Source: Chloroflexota bacterium
Lineage (GTDB): Bacteria; Chloroflexota; Limnocylindria; Limnocylindrales; CSP1-4
Direction of reading: 5' to 3'
Length of the DNA stretch: 63,982 bases
NCBI GenBank assembly: GCA_034667005.1
Contig: JAXDKU010000139.1
Span: forward strand, 1-63,982
Shown: one piece after another, positions 33,682-41,808 of the stretch
How the letters are laid out: every line of letters begins with the position of its first letter
How positions within the stretch are numbered: the first letter of the stretch is position 1
Translations under genes and position numbers: made by a program
Notes under the pieces: model-generated
Databases searched by the model: none
Told to the model about the DNA's origin: nothing
Seen by the model: only the letters and a program-made list of their open reading frames with translations

Positions 33682-35170
33682 CGGAGCCTCCCTCGCGCGC
33701 TGGTTGGCCATGCGCCGGCCGTAGGCGGTCCAACCGACCCTCTTGAGATGGAAATGGACGCGGGACGCAAGGGAGTAATGAAGAGGGTTGGGCAGCTAAG
33801 GGCCAACGCCAAACGCCCGCTCGTCCATACAGCCAAGCGTGGAAATGGTGTCGCGCGAGGGCTCGCGCATCGTCACGCGTAATTGCCGCTCCAAGGGCCT
33901 CAGGCGCCGCGGGAGGCGGCCGGTCAAACGACCCTGCCACCGCGGCGGCGTCAAACAGGTCCATGGCCACCCTGTCTATGCCTGGGTACCCGGTCAGGCG
34001 GCCGCCGTAGTCGTCCTCGATCCTGTTAACCAGCCGAACGAGCGCCTCCCAACTGCCATCTAACAGCCACTCGAGGACGCTGCCCACATCCGCGTCCGAT
34101 GCCATTGCCCGCTCGATGATCGGGGTGAAGGCCGGAGTGGGCCATTCGTCCGCCTGACCCTGAGCCGCCGCGCTCTCTGGCTCATGCGGCTGTGGATGAA
34201 CTACGACCCCTTCCTCTTTCGTTTCTGCGATCTCTACCAACTCCAGCCGGCCGTGATCCCCCGATGAGATTCGGCGAACGAGCCGAATTCGACCTAGGAA
34301 TGTCTCGGCTTCCGCACGAACCAAGCTGACGTCGTCGAGCGAGCCAAACCGCTCCGACCGGATCCATATCCCCCCGATCTCTCGAACGAGCTGCGGATCC
34401 GAACTTGGGGTCGCAAATTCCTGCAGAAGCGTTTCCAAATCTTCCGAGGGTCCGTCGACTCTGACCAGCCAGCGCTCCATGGGTGCCGGGCGCCCCAGGA
34501 CATCGCGTTCGAACGTCAACCCGAATTCGGTCAACGTGAATCGAGGTGTGCCAGCACTGGCCTCGGTAACGACACCACTGCGCTTCAGGGCGCTCCAGTC
34601 GAGATCAACGCGGTCTTCGTCCGCGCGAAGCACCGACGCAAGCGAGGTGCGCAGATTCCTAACGTCTGGATCGGGAAGTCGATGTGGCTCCGATGCGAGG
34701 CGCAGCATCCGCAGGTGACGCAGCGTCAAGGCATCTAATGTATCGAGAAGACGAACGCTGTCGTCGTCCGGTTCAAACGACGCTTGTCCGGCGGTCGTGG
34801 CTAATTGTTCGTAATACTCGATTTTGGTGCGATGCTCGGCAGAGGTTGCACTTACGAGGATCCGTTCCACGTAGGTCCGGAACTCCGGATCGCTCGTGAT
34901 GCGTCCTCGTGTAACGTCCGAGACTAACGTCACCGCTTCGATCACCCGACGGATTGCCTCCACCACCCAAGCATCGCGTCCTCGCTTGATGTCAGCTGCC
35001 ACGAGCCCAACCGCGGGACTCACGCCGGGAACAAGCGCAACGGCGTCCAGGCCACGCTCGAGTAGGGAGCGACCCGCAGAGGCCTCGGCTAGAGCTGCGT
35101 CGGCCTCCCCTAGTCGCGCGCGGTAATGCCGCTCGGCCTGGGACAGCTCGTCCGTTTCGGAGCCAGTCAA
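33671..35170 (-). CDS. Hypothetical protein of about 499 aa, visibly lower G+C than its neighbours; the N-terminal third is reminiscent of Abi-alpha/DUF4393
   Basis: This is the 3' part of long frame 33671..36262; upstream of 35182 that frame is the off-frame of the aminotransferase. The first usable start is TTG 35170, 11 nt after the aminotransferase stop, with a weak RBS, so the start is uncertain. The 3' end overlaps the mscL start by 11 nt. The composition is not Arg/Pro/Gly-biased, unlike the spurious high-GC ORFs. Confidence 0.6.
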   Translation of the reverse strand: MTGSETDELSQAERHYRARLGEADAALAEASAGRSLLERGLDAVALVPGVSPAVGLVAADIKRGRDAWVVEAIRRVIEAVTLVSDVTRGRITSDPEFRTYVERILVSATSAEHRTKIEYYEQLATTAGQASFEPDDDSVRLLDTLDALTLRHLRMLRLASEPHRLPDPDVRNLRTSLASVLRADEDRVDLDWSALKRSGVVTEASAGTPRFTLTEFGLTFERDVLGRPAPMERWLVRVDGPSEDLETLLQEFATPSSDPQLVREIGGIWIRSERFGSLDDVSLVRAEAETFLGRIRLVRRISSGDHGRLELVEIAETKEEGVVVHPQPHEPESAAAQGQADEWPTPAFTPIIERAMASDADVGSVLEWLLDGSWEALVRLVNRIEDDYGGRLTGYPGIDRVAMDLFDAAAVAGSFDRPPPAAPEALGAAITRDDARALARHHFHAWLYGRAGVWRWPLAAQPSSLLPCVPRPFPSQEGRLDRLRPAHGQPAREGGSDDE

Positions 35171-35181
35171 CTGCGTCCCGA

Positions 35182-36516
35182 CTACACCGCCGCGAGCGCG
35201 CCCTTGAAGATGCCCAGCGCTTCCTGGCACTCCGCCGAGGTGACGTTGAGCGGCGCGATCCAGCGGACGATGTTGTGGGCGGCGCCGCAGGTGAGCAGCA
35301 CCAGGCCGTCGTCCAGGCAGCGTGCCATGACGGCGTCGGCGAGAGCACCGTCGGGCTCGGCCGTCCCGCCGGGATCGGCCGTCCCGCCGGCCTTGACCAG
35401 CTCCACGCCGATCATCAGACCGGGGCCGCGGACGTCGCCGATGCGCGCGTCGGACGCGGCGAGCTCGCGAAGGCCTGCCGTCAGCTCGGCTCCGCGCGCC
35501 GCCGAGTTGTCCACCAGCTCGGCCGAGCGGATCTCCTCCAAGACGGCCACGCCCGCCGCGCAGGCGACGGGATTTCCGCCGAACGTGGACCCGTGCGCGC
35601 CGCGGCCCCAGCGCTCCATGCGCTGCCGGGAGGCAACCACCGCACCGAGCGGCAGGCCGTTGGCGATGCCCTTGGCGAGCGTGATGATGTCCGGCACGAT
35701 CCCTGACGACTCGAAGCCCCACATTCGGCCGGTCCGCCCGTAGCCGGTCTGCACCTCGTCCGCGATCAGCAGGATGCCGTGCTCGTCGGCCAGCTCCCGG
35801 AGGCCGCGCAGGAACGCGTCCGGCGCGGGGTAGTACCCCCCCTCCCCCTGCACGGGCTCGATCAGGAACGCGGCCACCTCGGAGGGCGGGATCTGCGTCG
35901 CCAGGACGGTCCGGAGGAAGCCCAGGCATGCCTCGGTCGCGAGCGCCTCGTCGCCGCCGAAGTCGCGGTAGGCGGCGGGGAACGGCGCGATGAACGTCTC
36001 GGGCAGGAACGGCCCGTGCCCGACCCGGTAGTTGAGGTTGCTCGAGGTCATGCTCAGCGAGCCGTAGCTCCGCCCGTGGAAGCCGCCGGCGAAGCCGATC
36101 ACCCAGCCGCGCCCCGTCGAGCGCCGCGCCAGCTTGATCGCACCTTCGATGGCCTCCGTGCCCGAGTTGCCGAAGAAGACGGAGTCGAGCCCCGCGGGCA
36201 GCACCTCCGCCAAGGCGTCGGCGAGCTGCGTCACGGGCTCCAGGTAGCCGAGCCCGTTGCACATGTGCCAGAGCTGGTCGATCTGGGCATGCGCAGCCGC
36301 GGTCACGGCGGGGTGCTGGTGGCCGAGGACCGTCGTCGCGATGCCGCAGGCGAAGTCGAGGTAGACCTTCCCATCCGCGTCGTAGAGGCGGTGCCCCTCG
36401 CCTCGCGTCCAGGCCGTCTGGAAGTAGCGCGCCATCACCGGGGAGAGGTGCGCGTCGGAGCGCGCGGCCAGCTCCTCCGAGGCGGAGGTGGCTGACTTGA
36501 CGAGCGTGTCGGTCAT
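35182..36516 (-). CDS. Class-III PLP aminotransferase (acetylornithine / 4-aminobutyrate aminotransferase-like)
   Basis: It contains GNSGTEAIEGAIKLAR, FHGRS, ADEVQTGYGRTG and TLAKGIANG (PLP lysine). It sits beside the arg cluster, so an ArgD role is possible but unproven. Confidence 0.85.
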   Translation of the reverse strand: MTDTLVKSATSASEELAARSDAHLSPVMARYFQTAWTRGEGHRLYDADGKVYLDFACGIATTVLGHQHPAVTAAAHAQIDQLWHMCNGLGYLEPVTQLADALAEVLPAGLDSVFFGNSGTEAIEGAIKLARRSTGRGWVIGFAGGFHGRSYGSLSMTSSNLNYRVGHGPFLPETFIAPFPAAYRDFGGDEALATEACLGFLRTVLATQIPPSEVAAFLIEPVQGEGGYYPAPDAFLRGLRELADEHGILLIADEVQTGYGRTGRMWGFESSGIVPDIITLAKGIANGLPLGAVVASRQRMERWGRGAHGSTFGGNPVACAAGVAVLEEIRSAELVDNSAARGAELTAGLRELAASDARIGDVRGPGLMIGVELVKAGGTADPGGTAEPDGALADAVMARCLDDGLVLLTCGAAHNIVRWIAPLNVTSAECQEALGIFKGALAAV

Positions 36517-36562
36517 CGCAGTTCGGTCCTTCGGTGCGGTCGCGGTGGGATGGAGATGAAGC

Positions 36563-37285
36563 TCAGTAGCGCCGGCCGCGCTGGCGGTCGAGCGTGAAGC
36601 GGGCCGTGTCGGCGATCGCCATGACCGCCATGGTGCCCGCCTGGACGGGATCGGTCACGACCAGGTCGGCCGCGTCGGTGACCGAGCCCACCTGGTTCAG
36701 CGAGACGACGGGGATGCCGACGGCCTGGAGCTCGCGCACGGCCAGGGTGATCTCGCCGCCCATGATCGAGCCCGCGAGCACCAGGATGTGCGCGCGCGGC
36801 AGGTCCGCCACCGCCCGCACCGCGGCGGCAATCTCCTTCTCGCCGACCAGCGCGATCGTGTCGACGCTGATCCGCTCGCCACGCAGGTTGTGCCGGTCCG
36901 CCTCGCTGACGGCACCGAGCGTCACCTGGGCCACCTGGGCACCGCCGCCGATGACGATGACGCGCTTGCCGAAGATCTGGCCGAGCGTCGGGCGCGACTC
37001 CGCGACCACCACGCCGGGCACGCTGCCCGCAGCCGCCGCCGCGAGCTCCGCATCGCAGTCACGCAGCTCGATGTCGAACACCCGCGTGACGTCCGGCTCG
37101 CCGCGCGTCGCCGGGAACGAGTTGACCGTCACGACCTCCGCCCCGAGCTCCCGCAGCCGCACGAGGATCTCCACGAGATCCGCCTTGGCGGTCGCCCGGA
37201 CGCTGACCGCGGTGAGCGTGTGCCCGGCCTCCGGGATCTGGAAATCGGGTATCTGGGCCTGCGGCAGCAGCCCTGCGTCGTCCAT
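36563..37285 (-). CDS. ACT-like regulatory domain fused to a Rossmann-like domain; uncharacterised, divergent from argC
   Basis: Lies in ORF 36563..37303, with start ATG 37285 or GTG 37303. The N-terminal part ([31 protein letters not shown]) looks ACT-like. The C-terminal part has [15 protein letters not shown] and LAGSIMGGE. Confidence 0.6.
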   Translation of the reverse strand: MDDAGLLPQAQIPDFQIPEAGHTLTAVSVRATAKADLVEILVRLRELGAEVVTVNSFPATRGEPDVTRVFDIELRDCDAELAAAAAGSVPGVVVAESRPTLGQIFGKRVIVIGGGAQVAQVTLGAVSEADRHNLRGERISVDTIALVGEKEIAAAVRAVADLPRAHILVLAGSIMGGEITLAVRELQAVGIPVVSLNQVGSVTDAADLVVTDPVQAGTMAVMAIADTARFTLDRQRGRRY

Positions 37286-37319
37286 TCGGCGAGTATGCAG
37301 CACGTCGTATAGTCATGCG

Positions 37320-38468
37320 ATGACACAGGCGACCGCGCGGCGCGATCCGGAGCCCTCGATCGAGCCCTTCGGCATGCCCGGCAGCGCCGGTAGCGCGCGC
37401 ATCCGCGTGGCGATCATCGGCGCCACGGGGTATGTCGGCGGAGAGCTGGTGCGGCTGCTTGACCGCCATCCCAACGTCCGGATCGTCGGCCTCCAGGGAC
37501 GCGGACGCCAGGACGAATCGATCGCCGGGATCCATCCGCACCTGGCTCGTACGGGCCATCGCATCGACGCGGCCATTCCGGAGGCTGACGCCGTCTTCCT
37601 GGCGCTCCCGCATGGCGCGGCCGCCGAGATCGTCCCGGACATCGCCGGGCGCGGCACCCGCGTGATCGACCTCGGGCCCGACTTCCGCCTGCACGATCCC
37701 GCCGACTACCCTCGCTGGTACGGCTTCGAGCACCCGCGGCCGGAGCTGCTGGCCGGCGCCGTCTACGGGCTGCCCGAGCTTCACCGCGACGAGCTGGTGG
37801 CGCTCGCCGGCAGCGACCGCGCGATCGTCGGCAGCCCGGGCTGCTTCCCGACGACCTCGCTGCTGGCGCTGGCGCCCCTCGCGCGGGAGGGTCTGATCGG
37901 AGACCTCGTGATCGACGCGAAGACGGGCGTCTCCGGCGCGGGGCGCGAGCCGAAGCCCGAGCTCACGTTCTCGGAGGTCAACGAGAGCGTCAAGGCGTAC
38001 GGCATCGACGGCCACCGCCACGTCGCGGAGATCGAGCAGGAGCTTGCCTGGCTCGGAGCGGCCGGGGCGTCTCGCGGCATGGCGGACGCCGCCACCGTGA
38101 ACCCCGGCGCTCGGGGGGTGGACTTCCTCCCGCATCTCGTGCCCATGACGAGGGGAATCCTGAGCGCCTGCCACGTGCGCCCGACGCGGCCCATCGGCGC
38201 CGCCGAGCTGCGCTCGCTCTACCGCGACGCCTACCTCGGGGAGCCCTTCGTCGAGGTCGCCGACTCGCCCGTCAGTACCGGCCAGGTGCTCGGGAGCAAC
38301 CAGGCCCGCGTTCACGTCACGCTGGACGAGCGCAGCGGCCGGATTCGCGCGATCGGCGTCACGGACAACCTCGTAAAGGGTGCCGCGGGGCAGGCAGTGC
38401 AGTGCTTCAACCTGCTCTTCGGGCTGCCGGAGACCAGCGGGCTGGAGCAGCTGCCACTCGCCCCGTGA
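37320..38468 (+). CDS. argC: N-acetyl-gamma-glutamyl-phosphate reductase
   Basis: It contains VAIIGATGYVGGELVRLL, SPGCFPT (catalytic Cys) and DNLVKGAAGQAVQ. ATG 37320 was chosen; ATG 37374 is the alternative. Confidence 0.9.
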   Translation: MTQATARRDPEPSIEPFGMPGSAGSARIRVAIIGATGYVGGELVRLLDRHPNVRIVGLQGRGRQDESIAGIHPHLARTGHRIDAAIPEADAVFLALPHGAAAEIVPDIAGRGTRVIDLGPDFRLHDPADYPRWYGFEHPRPELLAGAVYGLPELHRDELVALAGSDRAIVGSPGCFPTTSLLALAPLAREGLIGDLVIDAKTGVSGAGREPKPELTFSEVNESVKAYGIDGHRHVAEIEQELAWLGAAGASRGMADAATVNPGARGVDFLPHLVPMTRGILSACHVRPTRPIGAAELRSLYRDAYLGEPFVEVADSPVSTGQVLGSNQARVHVTLDERSGRIRAIGVTDNLVKGAAGQAVQCFNLLFGLPETSGLEQLPLAP

Positions 38469-39829
38469 CGCCGGCCATCTCCGGGGCGGCGACTCGCCAG
38501 AGCCTGCCTGTCGTCGAGCTTCGGGCCGCCCTCCCACGAGGATTTCGCGCGGGCGCCGTCGCCGCCGGGATCAAGGCGTCCGGCCGGCCGGACCTCGCGA
38601 TCGTGGTGGTGGACGGGGAACCTGCCGCGGTCGCGGGCACGTTCACGACCAATCGCGTCCCGGCCGCGCCCGTGCTTCTCGACCGCCGCCATCTCGCGGC
38701 CACCAGCCCGGACGGCGGCACGGGCCACGGGTACGTCCAGGCGATCCTCTCGACCAGCGGCTGCGCCAATGCCGCGACGGGCGCGGAGGGCATGGCGGAG
38801 CAGGAGCGTCTCGCCCGGACGCTGGCGGACGCGGTCGGCACCGACCTCGAGCGGACGCTGGCGGTCGCGACGGGGCTGATCGGCACGCGCCTGCCGGTCG
38901 ATCGGATCGAGCCCCGCATCCGGGAGCTCGTGGCCACCGGCCTCGGCTCGGACGACGCGGCCTACGCGCAGGTCTCCGAGGCGCTCCGGACCACCGATTC
39001 ACGGGCCAAGGCGGCCACGGTCCGCGTGCGGCTGCCGGACGCGAACGGCACGGCCGTCGAGGTCACCGTCTCGGGCATCTCCAAGGGTGTCGGGATGATG
39101 CATCCGCGCATGGCCACGATGCTGTCGTTCGTCCTCACGGACGCGGCCGCCGAGCCCGCGGCGCTCTCCGCGATCCTGCGGCCCGCCGTCGCGCGCACCT
39201 GGAACCAGCTGACCGTGGACGGCGACACCAGCACCAATGACACGGTGCTGCTGGTGGCGTCGGGCGCGTCGGGGGCGGGCCCGATCGCGGCCGGCACGCC
39301 GGAATGGTTCGTCCTTGCCGGCGCGATCGAGGCGGTGGCACGCTCGCTGGCCCGCCAGCAGGCCGCGGACGGCGAGGGGGCCACGACGCTGATCACGGTC
39401 GTCGCGACGGGCGCCGAGGACGACGCGGACGCGCGCGCCGTGGCTCGCTCGGTTGTGGCGAGCAGCCTGGTCAAGGCCGCCGTCCACGGGCGCGATCCGA
39501 ACTGGGGCCGCATTGCCGGGGCCGCCGGCAATGCCCTGCTGGCGGGATCGGAGACGCTCGCCACGGCGGGCCTGGATGCCAGCGAGGCCGCCCGGCGCGG
39601 CGGCACCCCCGTCGAGATCGACGTCGACAGGCTGCGGATCGCGATCTGCGGAGTGCCGGTGTTCTCCGGTGCGCCCGTCGCGTTCGATCGGGCTGCGGTC
39701 CGGGAGCAGATGGGCGCGGACGAGGTGGTCATCTCGCTCGACCTCGGCCTCGGTGACGGGGTCGGCGAGGCGTTTGGCTGCGATCTCACCGAGACCTATG
39801 TGACCGAGAACTCCGAGTACTCGACCTGA
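38465..39829 (+). CDS. argJ: Bifunctional glutamate N-acetyltransferase / amino-acid acetyltransferase
   Basis: GTG 38465 overlaps the argC stop (GTGA). It contains GFRAGAVAAGIK, FTTNRV.AAPV, the self-cleavage region GMMHPRMATMLSF and a C-terminal YVTENSEYST. Confidence 0.9.
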   Translation: MTPAISGAATRQSLPVVELRAALPRGFRAGAVAAGIKASGRPDLAIVVVDGEPAAVAGTFTTNRVPAAPVLLDRRHLAATSPDGGTGHGYVQAILSTSGCANAATGAEGMAEQERLARTLADAVGTDLERTLAVATGLIGTRLPVDRIEPRIRELVATGLGSDDAAYAQVSEALRTTDSRAKAATVRVRLPDANGTAVEVTVSGISKGVGMMHPRMATMLSFVLTDAAAEPAALSAILRPAVARTWNQLTVDGDTSTNDTVLLVASGASGAGPIAAGTPEWFVLAGAIEAVARSLARQQAADGEGATTLITVVATGAEDDADARAVARSVVASSLVKAAVHGRDPNWGRIAGAAGNALLAGSETLATAGLDASEAARRGGTPVEIDVDRLRIAICGVPVFSGAPVAFDRAAVREQMGADEVVISLDLGLGDGVGEAFGCDLTETYVTENSEYST

Positions 39830-40701
39830 TGGCCGGCCCCGCGGGGTACGCCGGGCGCGAGCTGCTGGTGGTCAAGCTCGGCGGCACGACGCTGGCCGAG
39901 CAGCGCGCGGTGCTCGAGGAGGTGGCCTCGGTCTCCGCCACGCACGACCTGGTGATCGTGCACGGCGGCGGAAAGCGGGTGACCGAGTGGCTCGCCCGGC
40001 TGGACGTCGAGACGCGTTTCGAGGCCGGCCTCCGCGTCACGGACGATCGAGCCCTCGAGGTCGCTGTGGCCGTCCTGCGCGGCGTCGTCAACACCGAGCT
40101 CGTGGCCACGCTGCGGAACCTCGGCGCGGACGCGGTCGGCCTCAGCGGGGTCGACGGCGGGCTCCTGATCGCGGAGCGGATCCCGTCGCTCGGGCGTGTG
40201 GCCACGGTCGTCGGCGCGCGGCCGACGGTGCTCTACGCGTTGTTCGCCGCGGGCAAGCTTCCGGTGGTCGCGCCGCTCGCCACCGACGAGAACGGCATCG
40301 TCTGCAACGTGAACGCCGACGAGGTGGCGGCAGGGCTCGCCGCGGGACTGCATGCACGGCTGATCCTGCTGACGGACGCCGACGGCGTGCGCGGCGCGGA
40401 CGGCAAGCGCATCCCCAGCCTGGACGCGGCCATGGCCGAACGGCTCATCGAGCAGGGCGTGATCGGCTCGGGGATGGTGCCCAAGGTCCGTTCGGGGCTG
40501 CGTGCCCTCGCGCTCGCGCAGACCGACGAGCTGGCCGACTCGGCCGCGGGTGCGCGCGCTTCGATCGAGGTGGTGATCGCGGACGGAGCCGCGCCGGCCG
40601 CGCTCAGCCGCGCGCTGGACGACCCGTCGTTCGGGACCCGATTGCGAGCGGCAGCTGGACGGGCTCCGGATAGCCGAGGGTCGCGCGCCTCGGGCGGATG
40701 A
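39829..40701 (+). CDS. argB: Acetylglutamate kinase
   Basis: ATGA overlap with argJ. It contains VVKLGG, VIVHGGG, NVNADEVA and GMVPKV. The C-terminal tail runs 98 nt into the convergent argF. Confidence 0.9.
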   Translation: MAGPAGYAGRELLVVKLGGTTLAEQRAVLEEVASVSATHDLVIVHGGGKRVTEWLARLDVETRFEAGLRVTDDRALEVAVAVLRGVVNTELVATLRNLGADAVGLSGVDGGLLIAERIPSLGRVATVVGARPTVLYALFAAGKLPVVAPLATDENGIVCNVNADEVAAGLAAGLHARLILLTDADGVRGADGKRIPSLDAAMAERLIEQGVIGSGMVPKVRSGLRALALAQTDELADSAAGARASIEVVIADGAAPAALSRALDDPSFGTRLRAAAGRAPDSRGSRASGG

Positions 40702-41629
40702 GGCGCTGGAGCACGGCCATCTGCACCCACAGGCGGTTCTCCGCCTGATCCAGCACCACGCTCCGCGGGCCGTCCAGGACCTCGGAGTCGATCTCCTCAC
40801 CGCGGTGCGCCGGCAGACAGTGCATGACGATCGCGTCCGGGGCGTTGGCCATGAGCGAGGCCGTGAGCGCATACGGCGGGAACGCCCTTTGCCGCGCTTC
40901 CTGCTCCGCCTCGTGGCCCATGCTCGTCCACACGTCGGTGTAGACGGCGTCCGCGCCCCGCACGCCGGCGACGGGGTCGTGCATCAGCTCGATGCGCGCG
41001 CCGGTGCCGCGGCCGATGAGCACGGCGCGCTCCACGATGGACGGGTCGGGCTCGTAGCCCGTCGGGGTCACGGCACGGACGTTCATGCCCAGCGAGGCGC
41101 CGACGAGGATCAGCGAGGCCGCGACGTTGTTGCCGTCCCCGACGAAGACGAGCTGCCGGCCGCGGAGATCGCCGAGCTGCTCCTGGAGCGTCAATGCGTC
41201 CGCCAGCGCCTGGCAGGGATGCTCGACGTCGCTGAGCGCGTTGACGATGGGGATCGAGGCGACCTCGGCCATCTGCTCGAGCAGCGAATGGTCCCGCACG
41301 CGTGCCACGATCGCGTCCACGTACCGCTCGAGCGTGCGCGTGGCGTCCTGCACCGACTCCCGGACGCCGAGGCCGATCTCGCTGTCGTGCAGGGAGATCG
41401 GCTGGCCGCCCAGTCGCGAGATCCCCACCTCGAAGCTGACCCGCGTGCGCAGGCTGGGCTTCTCGAAGATCAACGCGACCGAGCGGCCGGCCAGGGGAGC
41501 GCCAGCGGTCGTGGGAGGGCGACCAGCTTTCAGCGCAGCAGCATGCTCGAGCGTCTCCTCGATCGATGCGGGATCGAGGTCGGCCATGGAGAGGAGGTGC
41601 GCCACCGGGCGCGCGAAGGGAACGGTCAC
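40604..41629 (-). CDS. argF: Ornithine carbamoyltransferase
   Basis: Lies in ORF 40604..41806. I prefer GTG 41629 (VTVPFARPVAHLLSMADL); ATG 41587 is the alternative. It contains FEKPSLRTRVSFE, the HPCQALAD motif, FVGDGNNVA, DVWTSMG and HCLPAHRGEE. Confidence 0.9.
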   Translation of the reverse strand: MTVPFARPVAHLLSMADLDPASIEETLEHAAALKAGRPPTTAGAPLAGRSVALIFEKPSLRTRVSFEVGISRLGGQPISLHDSEIGLGVRESVQDATRTLERYVDAIVARVRDHSLLEQMAEVASIPIVNALSDVEHPCQALADALTLQEQLGDLRGRQLVFVGDGNNVAASLILVGASLGMNVRAVTPTGYEPDPSIVERAVLIGRGTGARIELMHDPVAGVRGADAVYTDVWTSMGHEAEQEARQRAFPPYALTASLMANAPDAIVMHCLPAHRGEEIDSEVLDGPRSVVLDQAENRLWVQMAVLQRLIRPRRATLGYPEPVQLPLAIGSRTTGRPARG

Positions 41630-41646
41630 CCGCCGAGCATGACAGA

Positions 41647-41693
41647 TGCTGCATGGGTATGCAATACTGTCGGCCGCGACGCATGTTAATGCA
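41647..41693. promoter_or_regulatory. Two ARG-box-like palindromes in the argF / argG divergent region
   Basis: TGCATGGGTATGCA is at 41650..41663 and GCATGTTAATGCA at 41681..41693. Both resemble the TGCAT-N-ATGCA half-site logic of ArgR operators, and an argR gene is present at 53229. Confidence 0.5.
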
Positions 41694-41808
41694 GGACCGT
41701 GATCCCCCACGTGCGCCGTGCTCGACTTCGCGCGCAGGGGGCGCCGAAGGCGTGCCGAGGAAACGCATCGCGCAGCAGCGCCGCTACGCCGCTGCGGAGG
41801 AAACAACC

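Noticed and set aside
32040-35180. Mobile genetic element (IS, integrase or prophage remnant) explaining the low-G+C patch
   Set aside because: I found no transposase, integrase or recombinase ORF, no tRNA attachment site, and no terminal inverted repeats bracketing the region. Only compositional and repeat evidence remains, so I report it as an anomaly rather than a mobile element.
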